Below, one piece after another: positions 30,733 to 43,699 of a stretch of 64,000 nt of DNA. Each line of letters begins with the position of its first letter. The stretch's first letter is position 1. Source of the DNA: Octopus vulgaris (taxonomy: Eukaryota); the NCBI GenBank assembly GCA_951406725.2, contig OX597839.1:12772001-12836000 (forward strand), given 5' to 3'. The translations under genes and the position numbers were made by a program. Below the pieces are notes generated by a model. That model was not told where the DNA came from. It did no database searches and was given only the letters and a program-made list of their open reading frames with translations.

Positions 30733-33700
30733 TAAATACGACGGGCTTCTTTTCAGTTTCCGTCTACAAATCCACTCACAAGGCTTTGGTCAGCCTAAGG
30801 CTATAGCAGAAGACACTTGCCCAAGATGCCACGCAGTGGGAATGAACCCAGAACCATCTGGTTGGTAAAGCAAGCTACTTACCACACAGCCACTCCTGCA
30901 CTTAGTAGGAGTGGCTGTGTGGTAGTTATTCTCTCAGCGCTCTTTTGTTGAACTTCTAAGTTACAGGGACATAAACACACCAACACTGGTTGTCAGTCAG
31001 TGTGGGTGGCGGGGGGAGGAGACAAGCACAGTCACAAACACACATGCGCACGCATATATACACAATGAGCTTCTTTCAGTTTCTGTCTACCTGTCTACCA
31101 AACCTCACAAAGCTTTGGTGGGCTTGAGGCTAAAGCAGACGACACTTGCTCAAAGTGCCATGCTATGGGACTGAACTTAGAATCATTTGGTTTGGAAACA
31201 AACTTCTTACTACACAGTCATACCTGTAGATTTTGTATAATATTTTTGTAAGGCTTTCAATGTCATGAAATTGCATTTGACACCCTAGCCCTTAACTGAT
31301 GAGGAGATGGTGTCCCATGTCCTTTTTCTGTTCATTTGTTTATTACGCTACATGTTTGACTCCTGAAAATATTATTCATGTAACACAATGCACTCCTTAT
31401 TTTTTTGTACCTATACACACACACACACATGTATATAAGTGAATAAAATGACAGTGAAGTGTATGCAGGTTGAAACCTATTTGTACTTATACATAGGCGC
31501 AGGAGTGGCTGTGTGGTAAGTAGCTTGCTAACCAACCACATGGTTCCGGGTTCAGTCCCACTGCGTGGCATCTTGGGAAAGTGTCTTCTGCTATAGCCCC
31601 GGGCCGACCAATGCCTTGTGAGTTGATTTGGTAGACGGAAACTGAAAGAAGCCTGTCGTACATATGTATATATATGTGTGTGTATATGTCTGTGTTTGTC
31701 CCCCTAGCATTGCTTGACAATCGATGCTGATGTGTTTACGTCCCCATCACTTAGCGGTTCGGCAAAAGAGACCGATAGAATAAGTACTGGGCTTACAATG
31801 AATAAGTCCTGGGGTCGATTTGCTCGACTAAAGGTGGTGCTCCAGCATGACTGCAGTCAAATGACTGAAACAAGTAAAAGAGTAAAGAGTATACGATATG
31901 TCGGTCAAGCATACATGCAAGCTTGCTTTCTAGATGCAAAATGCTATCCCCCATCCCTGTGTCTCCCTGGCCCACACCTTCCACACCCTCAGATTTGCCA
32001 CACACATTTAATGGGGCACATTGATAGGCTGAAAGGTAAGTTTGGGGAGATTGTTGAGATGCTTGAACAGAGGAATGTAGAGTGTGTTGCATCTGAGAAG
32101 TAAGGTGCAGAGAAGGTTCTGCTAGGTTTCTCATAGGCAAAGACCATAGGTATAAAATCTTCTGGGTAGGAAACAGTGATAGGGTTGGGGGTTGTCCTTG
32201 GGAGCTTCTGTACACTGATCACCTTGTTCTTATAGTTGAATCACTACCTGACCTAGTGAAGCAATATCAGGTCTAGAAACAAGATCTGGAATCTAAGGGC
32301 CTTAGGGTTAATTTTGAAAAAACCCCAACTTATTTTTTAAAATGGATTGATAAGGTAATCGAGGTAGTCAGAGTGTGTGATAGAATACTTAGGCTTAGAC
32401 TGGTGTTGCAATGTGGAGCAGCAACCATTAGCTTGGGCTATTCCCCTCAGCTGAGACTACCTGATGAACAGAAAGACCGATTTTATGACACCCTTTTGCA
32501 GACCACCTCATTGATGAATGTCAGGGACCTTCTCTTTGTAGCTGGCAACTTCAATGGGCATGTTGGACAACATCTTGGTAGCTTCCATGCCATGCATGGT
32601 GGCAACAGATTTGGTTCCTGTAATGAGGAGGGAGCCAGGCTGCTGGAGTTCTGTGATTCAAATGACCTTATGATCTACAATACTAATTTCAGGAGACCTC
32701 CCAGTCACCTGTTCACCTACCAATCTAGAGGGTACACTAGTCAGGTTGACTACATTCTTGCCAGAAAATGGGGAAGATGGCTACTTATAAATGCCAAAAC
32801 TTTCCCAGGTGAAGAATGCACCCCACTCAACATAAGTTAGTTGTTAAATACTTCAGGATCAGAGATAAATGGCTGCCCAGATGACAACCTGTATGGAAAA
32901 GAAAGGTTTAGAAGCTTAAGGATCATCTGAATGGACAGAGATTTAGAGATGTGTTACTTGAAGGATTTGCTGGAAAAGAGGAAGATATAGCAACATATAA
33001 TGTGGAAAACAACTGGAGGTTCCTACAAGACAACCTGTTAAAGGCTGCTGTTTAAATCTGCTAAGTCCCTTCTTGATCTGTGGTGACATGGTGATGGAAC
33101 AGTATAGTTGACAGGGCCATTAGAGAAGAAAAGAAACAAGCCTGGAAGTGTGATGGTATCAGGAAACTATATCAGATAGTCAGAAGGAAAGTTATGAGAT
33201 AGGTGTACTTAGCCAGGGAAAAAGCAGAAAAGAAGTTTGCCAATGTTCTGCTACATGAGGACCAGAGACTTGAAGTGTTTCAGATTGCAAGACAGTGTGT
33301 GAGAGAAAATTGTGATGTCATAGGAGAGAAATGTGTCTGCATGGATGATAGTTTACTTGCATTTAATGATTCTGCTAAGAAAATGGCTTGGAAATGCCAT
33401 TATGAAAGGCTGTTAAATGTGGAGAACTAATGGGAGGAGAGTCTGCCAGATGTTGGCCCTACTGAGGGACCAGCTATCTGAATCGATAGTAACTTGATAG
33501 ATAAAGCAATTAAAGACATGAAGAGAGGAAAAGTCCCTGGCCCATCAGGAATCACTGCTGAGATGCTTAAAATATCTCGAGTAGGATATAGCTTAGTCAC
33601 TAGTATATTTAATCAGATTGTCCATGAGGGAGTCATACCCAATGATTGGTGTAGCAGCATTATAGTCAACTGCTACAAAGACAAAAGTGATAATTACAGA

Positions 33701-36700
33701 GACATCAAATTGCTGGACCATGTGATGAAAGTCATAGAAAGAGTCATAGCTCAATTAATTAGGAACAGAGATAGTGTAGATGAGATGCGGTTCAGATTTG
33801 TGCCAGGCAGGAGCATGACTGATGCCATAATCCTGGTTAGACAACTGCAGGAGAAATATTTGGCTTAAAATAAACCTCTGTACCTGGCTTTTGTCAACAT
33901 GAAGAAAGCCTTTGACAGGGTGCCCTGCTCCCTTATCTGGTGGTCAATGTGAAAGCTAATAGTGAATGAGTGTTTAGTTAGAGTGGAACAAGCCATGTAC
34001 AGGAATGCTGCCAGTAAGGTGAAGGTTGGCAATGAATTCAGTGTATAGGTGAGAGTCCACCAAGGCTCAGTTCCCAGCCCCCTCCTGTTTATCTTAGTCC
34101 TCCAGGCCTTAACAGAGGAATTCAAGATTGGTTGTCTTTGGGAGCTTCTCTATGCTGATGACCTTGTTCTTATAGCTGAATCACTGACTGACCTAGTGAA
34201 GCAATTTCGGATCTAGAAACAAGATCTAGAATCTAAGAGCCTTAGGGTTAATTTAGCAAAAACCAAAAGTCCTAGTAAGTAGGGAAACAGATAAATCACA
34301 AATCCCTTCTAGGAGATGGTCCTGCTTGGTATGTAAGAAGAGCGTAGGTAGAAACTCCTCATGCAAACTTTGAACACATAAGAGGTGCAGCAGTGTCAAA
34401 GGAAGGTTAACTAAGAATATAGTCTTTGTGTGTGGCAAATGTGCAGGTACAATAAGCACTAAAAATATGCAGACAATAGACTCCCTCAAATGTTTGGGTG
34501 GATCATTAGAAGTAGTAGTATATGCATAACAGAGTGTAAATGATTTAAGGGGAAAACTGGGTATAAGAGGCATCATATGTTGTGTGCAAGAGAGAAGACT
34601 GTGCTGATTTGGTCATGTGATGCCTATGGATTAGGATAGCTGCATAAAGAAGTGCTGAGCTCTAAATGTGGAGGAACATATGGAAGGAGTAGACCCAGGG
34701 AGACATGGAATGATGTGGTGAGAAAAAATGGTGAAGATGATATATATTTAATACACACAATGTATGTTTTTATGTGCTACTATTAGTTTCACATGCTGAG
34801 GATTTGCCAGTCAGTGTTTTATAACATGTCTGGTGTCCTAGCACAATCATCAGACAGTGCCAACATGGCATAAGTGTCTGATGACTGTGCTGGGACACTG
34901 GATGTGTTATAAAACACTGATTGGCATGTTCTCAGTACATGAAACTAATAGTAGCACACAGAAACATATATTATGTTTTTAGTAAATATTATTTATCTCT
35001 CCCTGGATGGAGTACTTTTTTTGTTGATCTTACCATTCTGAAACAGTACAGTATATGTGGTCAGTTGAGGATGGGGGACAAGAGAGAGATGTATGGAATT
35101 GGGAGCAGATGATAAGTGAGCATGGCATCAGCAACACTTACATTATTTGGAAAATGCAATGGAAAGAGTACAGTGAAATTGTCATGGAGAGTGGAATGTC
35201 CAGCATTTAAGATAGAGTGTGAAATTTGATGGCGATTTGACTGTTATTTCTAAACAAAAAAGTAAATATGAAACATTTCAATATAAATTCTTAAGAATCA
35301 TGGAAATATTTTTGCAGAGTCTAATACAATACTGACTGAGAAACACCTCAACAAAATATCCATATACTTAGGGAATAAATGGAAGCGTGTTGGTAAGTAT
35401 AAAATATACATTGCTTTAGATGTTTTGCTTCTATCATATCTTTATTTTTTACTTGCTTCAGCCATTATGTTGTTGCCATGCTGGAGCAGCACATCGAAAA
35501 ATTTTTAGTCGGATGAATCCAATACTTTCTTTTCTTTTTTTTTTTCTTTAAGCCCGGTGCTTATTCTATCAGTCACTTTTGCTGAACTGCTAAGTTACAG
35601 AGATGCAAACACACCAACCCTGGATGACAAGCAGTGGTGGAAACATGCACACACACGTGTGACAGGCTTCTTTCAGTTTCCATCTACCAAATGCACTCAC
35701 AAGGTTTTGGTTGGGCTGGGGCTATAGTAGAAGACACTTGGCCAAGGTCCCATGCAGTGGGAATGAACCTGGAATCATGCAGTTGGGAAACAAATCTTCT
35801 TGCCACCTAGCCACCCCTACACCTATCTAACTACAAAATAATGTTTAGTGAGTGATACGATACTTAATGTGATGAAGAAAAGATTTCAGTTAAAGTTGTT
35901 CTTGCTAGGAGGAGAAGAAAAGAATCGTCACCCTTTTGCTACCATACTTTTGTTGGAACACTTCTTTTGTTGTAATTAATGTTGAAAATAATGAATTTAT
36001 GAATATAACTGTTTTGTTATTAAGCTTCTTCTTTATGACTTTAACCCTCCAATGTGGAGTATGTGTGTGACCTCCTTCGGTCACGAATGACCACGGAATT
36101 GCACCTAGAAAGTTACCCTCCAAGGCACAAGTCTGGGCAAGGTTGTTTATGGAAGACCAGCAGTCGCCCATGCATATCACCCTTCCCTCTCCACATCACC
36201 GATGTTATCCAAGGGAAAGGCAAAGGCCGATACAGCTTGGCACCATTGACGTTGCAGCTCATTTATTAACGTGCAAGTGGCTGAGCACTCCACAGATACG
36301 TGTACCCTTAACGTAGTTCTCGGGGAGATTCAGGGTGACACAGAGTGTGACAAGGCTGGCCCTTTGAAATACAGGTATAACAGAAACAGGAAGAAAGAGT
36401 GAGAGAAAGTTGTGGTGAAAGAGTACAGAAGGGATCGCCACCACCCCCTGCAGGAGCCTCGTGGTGCTTTAGGTGTTTTCGCTCAATAAACACTCACAAT
36501 GCCCGGTCTGGGAATCGAAACCGCGATCCTACGACCGTGAGTCCACTGCCCTAACCACTGGGCCATTGCGCCTCCACAATGTGGAGTATAGGCCACTTAT
36601 AATTGAAATCCTTGTCGCATAATTTTTCGCTTCTGTACTTTGCCATGAATGTCCCCCTTTCTCTAGTTCCTTTTGTGTTGATCTATGCCATGAGTTCTTA

Positions 36701-39205
36701 GGCCTGCCTTTCTTTCTATATTCATCCGGATTCCACTGTAAAACACTTTCCGCTACATTTGGTGTGTCTTTTCAAATTGTGCTACCAATCCACTTCCACT
36801 TTTGTTAACCCTTTCGTTACTATATTTCTGACCAAAATACACCCCTCATGAGTTTCAATTAAATTCTAAAATAATCATGAATCTAGGCTTGTTTCATTAA
36901 ATAACTGTAACTTTTTTACTTATCAACATATTAATGTGATATTTGGAACATAATTAAAGAAAGGGTTCTTAATCAATTCTATTGCATAACTTTTGTCTCA
37001 AAGTGACTTTAATTACAGGTAAATCCAGGTAAATTGAGCAAAAGGTAAAAATATTAAAATTTTGTTTAAACATCACCACAGAAAATGAATCATCAGCTAA
37101 TATTCAAATGGGTATGCAACAAAATTTTGATAAAGAAGAATTGTGCACATTACTATTTCATCAGTTGAATTTAATGCACAACAGGTGTACCATAAAGGTG
37201 GAATAAATTGAAATACTTGAATCCAGAACTAAAGAAATCGGTCAAAAAATAATATACGGCCCTGGTTATGGTATGGAAGTGATAAATTCCAGACCACATC
37301 GTTCCCTAGGCCATGCTGACTAACATTATTTTCCCTGTATAAAAACTAAATCCACGCAGTACCCAGTATTTGCTTCACAAATTTTCCGAAATTTGAACCC
37401 CCATTTTGTGTTTGTTTACGTTCTGCGTAAGTTTGTTTCCACATTGATCACTTCAAACAATAACATCCGGACCACATCATACCCTAAGCCATGCTGACTT
37501 AACATTAGTTTCCCTGTATAAAAACTAAATCCACAACAGTACCCAGTATTTGTTTCACAAATTTTCCAATTCGGAATCAATGCTTGATAACATGAAACTC
37601 CTATCCATTTTCAAAGTTGAAGAAAAATCGATGCCGAAAAAATGTGGAAAAAAATCTCCCAAAATTCAGGGAATTAAAATTACACGTCGATCTTTGTACA
37701 AAATTGTAGATGAACTGTTTACGAAGCATAATCACGTGTTTTCACGAATGTAATAAAGAGATTTGCTCTGATATTCTCATTTAAATATGAATAGGTAAAT
37801 TCGGGCGGGTTTGGTCACATTAACCAAAATTTTTTTCGAGCGGCTTTGGGCGGTTTGGTAACGAAAGGGTTAAATCGAAACTTAATTTGTTCTTTGCCAT
37901 ATTGTGTTCAGGCCATCAAATTTTAGGAAAGTTGAATGGGCTAATCACCCGTGCAATGGATTTTCACATTGATTACGAAAACACTGATAATTGGCAAAAT
38001 TTGTAGCATAGAACCAAAGTCAGTATCAAAAAGTTAGTGTTAACGAAATCGAATTCAAGACGAAGGGAGACAACTTCGAAATTGTAACTAATCAAAGTTT
38101 GAAATAATACAATGAGGAGATAAAGACATTATTAGCTAGAGAGGCTTAGTGAGTACAGTGGCAGCTGTGGACATATTTTGGGTACAACCTTTATGCTAAG
38201 CGTCAGTCACATCATCATGATCTTCCCTTATTTGGTAATATAGATCTTTTCACTTTTCCTACATTAACTGAATATGGCCAGTTTCCAGGTTTATCTGACC
38301 TATATATATTTTCTTCTGGATGGGATGGGATGGTGGTCCATCACAGGATTACTCATTATTGCCTGCTGAGTGGATTGGAGGGTTAATGTGAAAGGAAGTA
38401 TATGACTTAATAGAGCTGTTGCTGTTTAGTTATGTATTTAGGAGTGGTTGTAATTTACTTAGGGAATTTATGATATCTGAGGGGCAGCTGATGATGGAGA
38501 GATTTTGGATTATTCCAGCAGTTGTTGGAATTGCAGAAGCAACAGCAACTGTTAGTACAACGGCTACAGAAGAAAACAGAAAATATATCAAAACGATGTG
38601 TTATAATACTATTCCACAGCCATACCAACAATCCAGGAATCGAAACCACAATCTTACAATCACGAGTCCAACACTTTAACTACTTAGCCACATGCCTCCA
38701 CACTGCATCTTATGAAGTTCTCCATGTAATATCTATGTACCTTTAGTGCCATTTTCTGTATGACGTATCTATGTTTAGGTCATTTAGCTTATGTGCTTGT
38801 CCACATCACTTATAATCATTTCAGTATCACTAATTATTATCTCGATTCTTTCTATTTTCAGTCCCCAGATTCTGCTTGTTTCCATTTCCAGATCTTCATA
38901 TTTGGATATTTTTTTTTTCATTATCTATTTTTGTCCTTCGGAATTGATATATGACTTACTATTATTATTCTTCTTGTCAATGATATAATATTTTATTTTC
39001 AGGTCGGGATCTAGAAATTAAAAACGCTGAGCTGGAAAACATAGAAGCAAACAACCAAAATAATGTTGAAGAACAAAGTTTTCAAATGTTAAACAGATGG
39101 TTACAGATTTCCAAGCCGGACACATGTACAAGTGGCAATTTAGCTAATGCTCTCTTTGAGGCTGGATGTTATGATTCAATTCAATTTTTACCATTAGAGG
39201 AGTGA
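26754..39205 (+). CDS. imd: IMD/RIPK1-like adaptor, copy 1 (exons 26754-27232, 30209-30331, 35318-35392, 39003-39205; exon 1 not found in window)
   Basis: AG/GT-bounded exons with compatible phases join in frame to give a caspase-site/IBM-like array, a RHIM-like motif and a death domain. The exon-2 donor (T|GTATGC at 27232) is the weakest junction. The symbol is assigned from domain architecture only. Confidence 0.75.
28105..28277 (-). mobile_element. tRNA/Nin-like SINE
   Basis: B-box-like gagttcaaattcc and gcctttcatcctttcgaggccgataaattaagtacc on the minus strand. Duplicate at about 55675-55846. Confidence 0.6.
28280..29500 (-). pseudogene. Degenerate RTE/BovB-like LINE RT fragment
   Basis: LPETQCGF, STVDMIF, QEKCIE, QGCILAPALF and FKYLGS motifs in broken frames. 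Duplicate at about 55850-57070. Confidence 0.8.
29635..29968 (-). mobile_element. tRNA-derived SINE (second family)
   Basis: tggcccagtggttagagc head on the minus strand; body related to 36063-36576. Confidence 0.6.
30209..30331 (+). CDS. Exon 3: RHIM-like motif (NINIGMSNVFIGNANVTNV)
   Basis: ttattctag acceptor and A|gtaagt donor, 123 nt, phase 1-1; VFIG-x-x-N resembles the RHIM core. Confidence 0.75.
30477..30900 (-). mobile_element. tRNA-derived SINE, full length
   Basis: Reverse complement of 31495-31890; a more decayed copy follows at about 30930-31225. Confidence 0.85.
31495..31890 (+). mobile_element. tRNA-derived SINE, full length
   Basis: A-box tggctgtgtgg, B-box gggttcagtccc, internal TA/TG repeat and CR1-like tail gaaacaagtaaaagagtaaagag. 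Duplicate at 59051-59446. Confidence 0.88.
31900..34725 (+). pseudogene. Decayed RTE LINE (same family as 19764-24490)
   Basis: Colinear EN-RT-finger similarity with many stops and frameshifts. Duplicate at about 59456-62280. Confidence 0.88.
34763..34968. repeat. Long imperfect palindrome (MITE-like hairpin)
   Basis: tgtgctactattagtttca...tcagaca / tgtctga...tgaaactaatagtagcaca arms of about 95 bp. Duplicate at about 62319-62524. Confidence 0.8.
35318..35392 (+). CDS. Exon 4: death domain N-terminal helices (LTEKHLNKISIYLGNKWKRVG)
   Basis: tttgcag acceptor and G|gtaagt donor, 75 nt; the LGxxWKxVG pattern is typical of death domains. Confidence 0.85.
35440..35825 (-). mobile_element. SINE, diverged
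   Basis: Reverse complement similarity to 31495-31890. Confidence 0.7.
36063..36576 (-). mobile_element. tRNA-derived SINE with 13-bp target-site duplication
   Basis: TSD caatgtggagtat at 36050-36062 and 36577-36589; head tggcccagtggttagggc...ggtttcgattccc on the minus strand. Confidence 0.85.
36809..37869. mobile_element. Non-autonomous piggyBac element
   Basis: TTAA sites (36805-36808, 37870-37873) and ccctttcgttac/gtaacgaaaggg terminal inverted repeats; internal duplication near 37293 and 37471. Confidence 0.85.
39003..39205 (+). CDS. Exon 5 (terminal): remainder of the death domain
   Basis: ttttcag acceptor; RDLEIKNAELENIEANNQNNVEEQSFQMLNRWLQ...GNLANALFEAGCYDSIQFLPLEE*, stop TGA at 39203-39205. 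Confidence 0.88.
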
Positions 39206-39382
39206 TTATTAAAAAAAAAAAAATGTTCTCTACCATGGTGTGTGTTTTGAATAAGAAGAGCATTACTACATCATTTAATATCTAAATATCTGCTTATACC
39301 AGTATTAATATGATCTATATTGAAACACTAAAATCTTTTAAGTGCTTAGGGCTTCTATAGGTCTTAATCCAGCCCTGCCTAT

Positions 39383-39795
39383 TCTTTTACTCTTTTACTC
39401 GTTTCAGTCATTTGACTGTGGCCATGCTGGAGCACCGCCTTTAGTCGAGCAAATCGACCCCGGGACTTATTCTTTGTAAGCCCAGTACTTATTCTATCGG
39501 TCTCTTTTGCTGAAGCGCTAAGTGACGGGGATGTAAACACACCAGCATCGGTTGTCAAGCAATGCTAGGGGGACAAACACAGACACACAAACATATACAT
39601 ACACACACATATATATATATACATATATACGATGGGCTTCTTTCAGTTTCAGTCTACCAAATCCACTCACTAGGCATTGGTCGACCCGGGGCTATAGCAG
39701 AAGACACTTGCCCAAGATGTCACGCAGTGGGACTGAACCCGGAACCATGTGGTTGGTTAGCAAGCTACTTACCACACAGCCACTCCCGCGCCTAC
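39383..39795 (-). mobile_element. tRNA-derived SINE, young full-length copy
   Basis: Close reverse complement of 31495-31890. Confidence 0.88.
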
Positions 39796-40639
39796 ATATA
39801 TATGTAGTTCAAAATATAAACAACAATAAACCATGAAATAAATTTTTATTTTTCAAAATTGTTGTGGAAGGATCCTGAACACCTCCATGTGACAAAAAAA
39901 CGGACTAACGGATTTTCAATAAATAAAGAACTGTGTGAACTATCAGAAAGTTGATAGCATTGATTGTCCATATTGGTTACTGTGTTAGTTTAATATCATA
40001 GCTAGGTTTGGAGTAGTACGGAGTGCATTCTGTGTTAACGTAATAATTCTGTGATAGGTTATTCTAGGTAACCATATCCAAGTAATTATTTGGGTAATAC
40101 TATTCTTACACACATGTCATAATATTTTTGGTGATGAGGATATTCGAACCCATGCTGGACAGGTTATTGTTTGAACATGGAAGATTTACTAGCTCTGGTA
40201 ATTCAATTACAGAAACAGCGGCAATACCAGCAGTTGTTGGAATTGCAGAAGCAACAGCAACTGTTAGTACAATGGCTATAGAAGAAAACAGAAAATATAT
40301 CAAAAGGATGTGTTATAATACTATTCCACAGTCATACCAACAATCCAATAATACTAATCCATGTATACAAAAACAGCCATACCAATAATCCAACATATCC
40401 CCATCATCAGCTGCCCATCAGATATCATTATGGTTTTAACACCTGGGCAGTACCATTCAATCTGGCAGTGTCAACAGCACTAAAATAAGTGTTGTTTGGG
40501 AACAAGTAAACCAAAGAAACCACAACTTTCAAACACATTTACCCAATGTACAAACATATCGATAAATACATTCCATAAGTAAATTACAACCACTCCTAAT
40601 TACATAACTAAACAGCGACAGCTCTGTTAAGTCATACAA

Positions 40640-41835
40640 AAATTGTAATCCCAACGGTCTTCTGTAGTATAATATAAAGGTAAAAGCTTTATGACAACAT
40701 TATTTCAATCAATCAATATATAGGCAGAATGTGTAGTTCATTCTGACATGGTCGCAAACTCCATCTGAGAGTTTGTATATAACCCAGAGGAGGGTACTAC
40801 TTTTCCTTCTTACTTTAGAGGGTATGAAGAAATTTTTAAAGATGAGTGCTCTGACTAGCAAGACGATAAATCAAACCTGACTTTTGTTGAGATAGCTGGC
40901 TTCAGCCAAGCATGAGAAATATTGAAATTACATATTACCAAAGAGACCAGGTAAAGTCTGTTTTGAAGAAAATGTGAATATTCTGTCTAAGATTTTCAGC
41001 GAAAAAGCTCTTTATTTAATATGCATTGGCAATGCATGAATATTACAGAAAAATAAGATGAATATTTTATTACATATACTGGAATTGTTAATAGGGATAG
41101 AGAATGTGAGAGATTTAAAAGTAATGAGCTATATGTTTAAATATTTAATTTTCGTGAAAAGTTTAATAGCAAAGAAAATGTGGAAATTCGGAACCAAATT
41201 CTGACTAAATTAGAGCAGAATCAGAAGCTAATATTACAAGATATATCTAAAATATCTGAGGAATGCCGATCACATATACAATTGGTGTGACCAAAGGTAA
41301 GTAATGAAAAGGAGAATATTAACCCATGTTTTAGATGTGGAGAATTACACTACAAATTTGACTGTCCTTATAAAAATTGAAAATGCTTCAAGTGTAGTAA
41401 GATAGGTCATAAAAAATCACACTTTTAAACAAAATCTAGAAAATGGTTCAACAGAAAAAAATCACGTAAACTGTTTATCAGTGACAAGAAATAAAGATGA
41501 GACTTAAAAGAAATTTATGTATGTAAAATTTAATAATACAAATGTAAAATTACAGTTAGACACAGGTAGTGACATTATTTTAATTAATGAAAATACATGG
41601 AAAAAAAATCAGGAAACCTTCACTACAGAAAACCTCAAAGCTTGCTCGTGGAGTCTTGAGGATTAAATTAATTTTTGAAGGTGAAATTATTTGTAATGTT
41701 ACATTTCATTGTAAAACTATAAAAGCAAAAGCTTATGTATTACAAAATACAAGCATTCATTTTGAAATTGACTGGTTGTAACTGTTCAACTTTAGCATGC
41801 CCTGCAACCCCATAACAGCTATTTGCAATAAAGAA
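40640..41835 (+). pseudogene. Gypsy LTR retrotransposon remnant (LTR end/PBS, gag zinc knuckles, protease)
   Basis: ...ctgaCA followed by TGGtcgca near 40748; CFRCGELHYKFDC and CFKCSKIGH knuckles at about 41325-41420; LQLDTGSDI protease motif near 41550. Confidence 0.7.
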
Positions 41836-41842
41836 GAAGTTT

Positions 41843-43030
41843 CAGGTGTGGAAGCAAGTCAGTCTAGCAAAATCTAAAGTCTTAGTAAATAGGAAGGCAG
41901 ACAAATCACAATTCCCTTCAGGTAGATGGCCCTGTTTGATCTGAAGAAAAGGCATAGTTAGAAACTCCATAAGATGTACCCGGTGTAAGTTATGGACACC
42001 TAAAAGGTATAGCAATATCAAAGAAAGGTTAACGGGGAATGTAGGTTTTGTGTGTGGCAGATGCACAGGAGCAATAAACACCTAAGATGTACAGAAAATA
42101 GATTCCATCACATGCCAGGGGGAAAACTAGAAATAGTTGATAGCTTCTGTTACCTAGTTGACCAAGTCAGTAGTTGGGGTGGATGCTCTGAGAGTGTAGC
42201 TGCTACAATAAGAATAGCCTGGGCAAAGTTCAGAGAGTTTCTACATCTGCTGGTAACAAAGAGCCTCTTGCTCAGAGTGAAAGGTAGACTGTATGATGCA
42301 TGTGTGTGACCAACCATGTTATACAGGGCTGTGACTGTTGAGGACATGCACAGGCTTGAAAGAAATGAAGCTAGTATGCTCTGCTGGATGTGTAATGTCA
42401 GTGTGCATACATGACAGAGTGTAAGCGCTCTGAGAAAAAAGTTGGACATAAAAAGCATGAGATGTGGTGTGCAAGAGAGACAACTGTGCTGGTATGGTCA
42501 TGTGTTGCATATGGATGCGGAGGGCTGCATGAAGAAGAGTCACACCCTAACTGTGGAAGAGGTAGACCCAGGAAGACATGGGATGAAGTGGTGAAGCATG
42601 ACCTTTGAATGTTGGGCCTTACAGAGTCAATGACAAGTAACCGAGACTTTTGGTGATATGCTGTGCTTGAGAAGATCTGGCAAGCTTGTGAGATCATAAC
42701 CATGGCCAATGCCAGTGTTGTACAACCAGCCTGTTTAAAAGTACCCTTTATTCGTCAGGCAATATACTGTGCTTGTAAAGATTTGTTGAAAGACGTGAAA
42801 TTGTTGCCGTGACAGATGCCAGTGCCTCCTGACTAGCACCCGTGCCAATGGCATGTAAAAGACATCCTCTACACTCTTTGAGTGGTTGATGTTAGGAAGG
42901 GTATCCAACTGTAGAAACCTTGCCAGAATAGAGTGGAGCCTGGTGCAGTCTCCCGGCTTGCCAGTCTTCAGTCAAACCATCCAACCCATACTAGCATGGA
43001 AAATGGACGTTAAGCGATGATGATGATGAT
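41843..43030 (+). mobile_element. Decayed 5'-truncated RTE LINE
   Basis: RIAWAKFREFL and GRGRPRKTWDEVVKHDL motifs, 3' UTR and (GAT)n tail. Confidence 0.85.
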
Positions 43031-43699
43031 ATATATAAGCATAAACATACATATAAAGGTCTTCTTTCAGTTTCCATCTACCAAATCTACTCACAAGGAT
43101 TTGGTTGGTCCTATGTTATAGTAGAAGTCTATATTAATATAAATACATACACACAAACACACACACACATATACATATATATATGTATGTATGTATATAT
43201 ATGTGTGTATATATATAGATATATATGTATATGTATGTATATATATATGTGTGCATATTTATATATATGTGTGTGTATATATATATATATATACAGAAGT
43301 GTATATATACACACACACGCATATATATATATATCATCAACATCATTCAACATCCACTCTCCATGCTGGCACGGGTTAGACAGTTTGATTGGAGTTGATA
43401 TGCTGGAGAGCTGCAAGAGGTTCCACTTTGATTTGGCATGGCGTCTAAGGCTGGATGCCCTTCTTAATGCTAACCACTCCAGGAGTTTAATTGGTACTTT
43501 TATGTGCCACCACCACAGATGCTATTTACAGACACCAGCAACGATCACAATCACAATTCAGAGGTGCTATATACAGGTCACCAGCAACGACGGGTGCCAT
43601 TCCACTTTGTTTTTTTGTAGTTTTTTGGTGGCCGAGTGTTAAAGTAAATATCAACCTTTTATATTTTTGGTATATATTTTAGCCTGTGTCCAGAAATCT

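Larger units (their letters stand above)
25404..36026 (+). repeat. Segmental tandem duplication, copy 1 (paralog at 52973-63581)
   Basis: About 10.6 kb colinear and near-identical at an offset of about 27.56 kb, with the same nested elements. Confidence 0.95.

Noticed and set aside
31294-31330. CTGATGAgga...tcc hairpin (also at about 58852)
   Set aside because: No GAAA core follows.
31495-31575. tRNA-like A and B boxes
   Set aside because: SINE heads rather than tRNA genes; no full cloverleaf seen and many diverged copies.
27233-35317. Direct splice of exon 2 to exon 4, skipping the RHIM exon
   Set aside because: With the 27232 donor the junction creates T+AG, a stop codon, so inclusion of the RHIM exon is the consistent model.
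38485-38510. CTGATGA motif (inverted copy near 40403-40410)
   Set aside because: No stem II closure or GAAAC...GUH.
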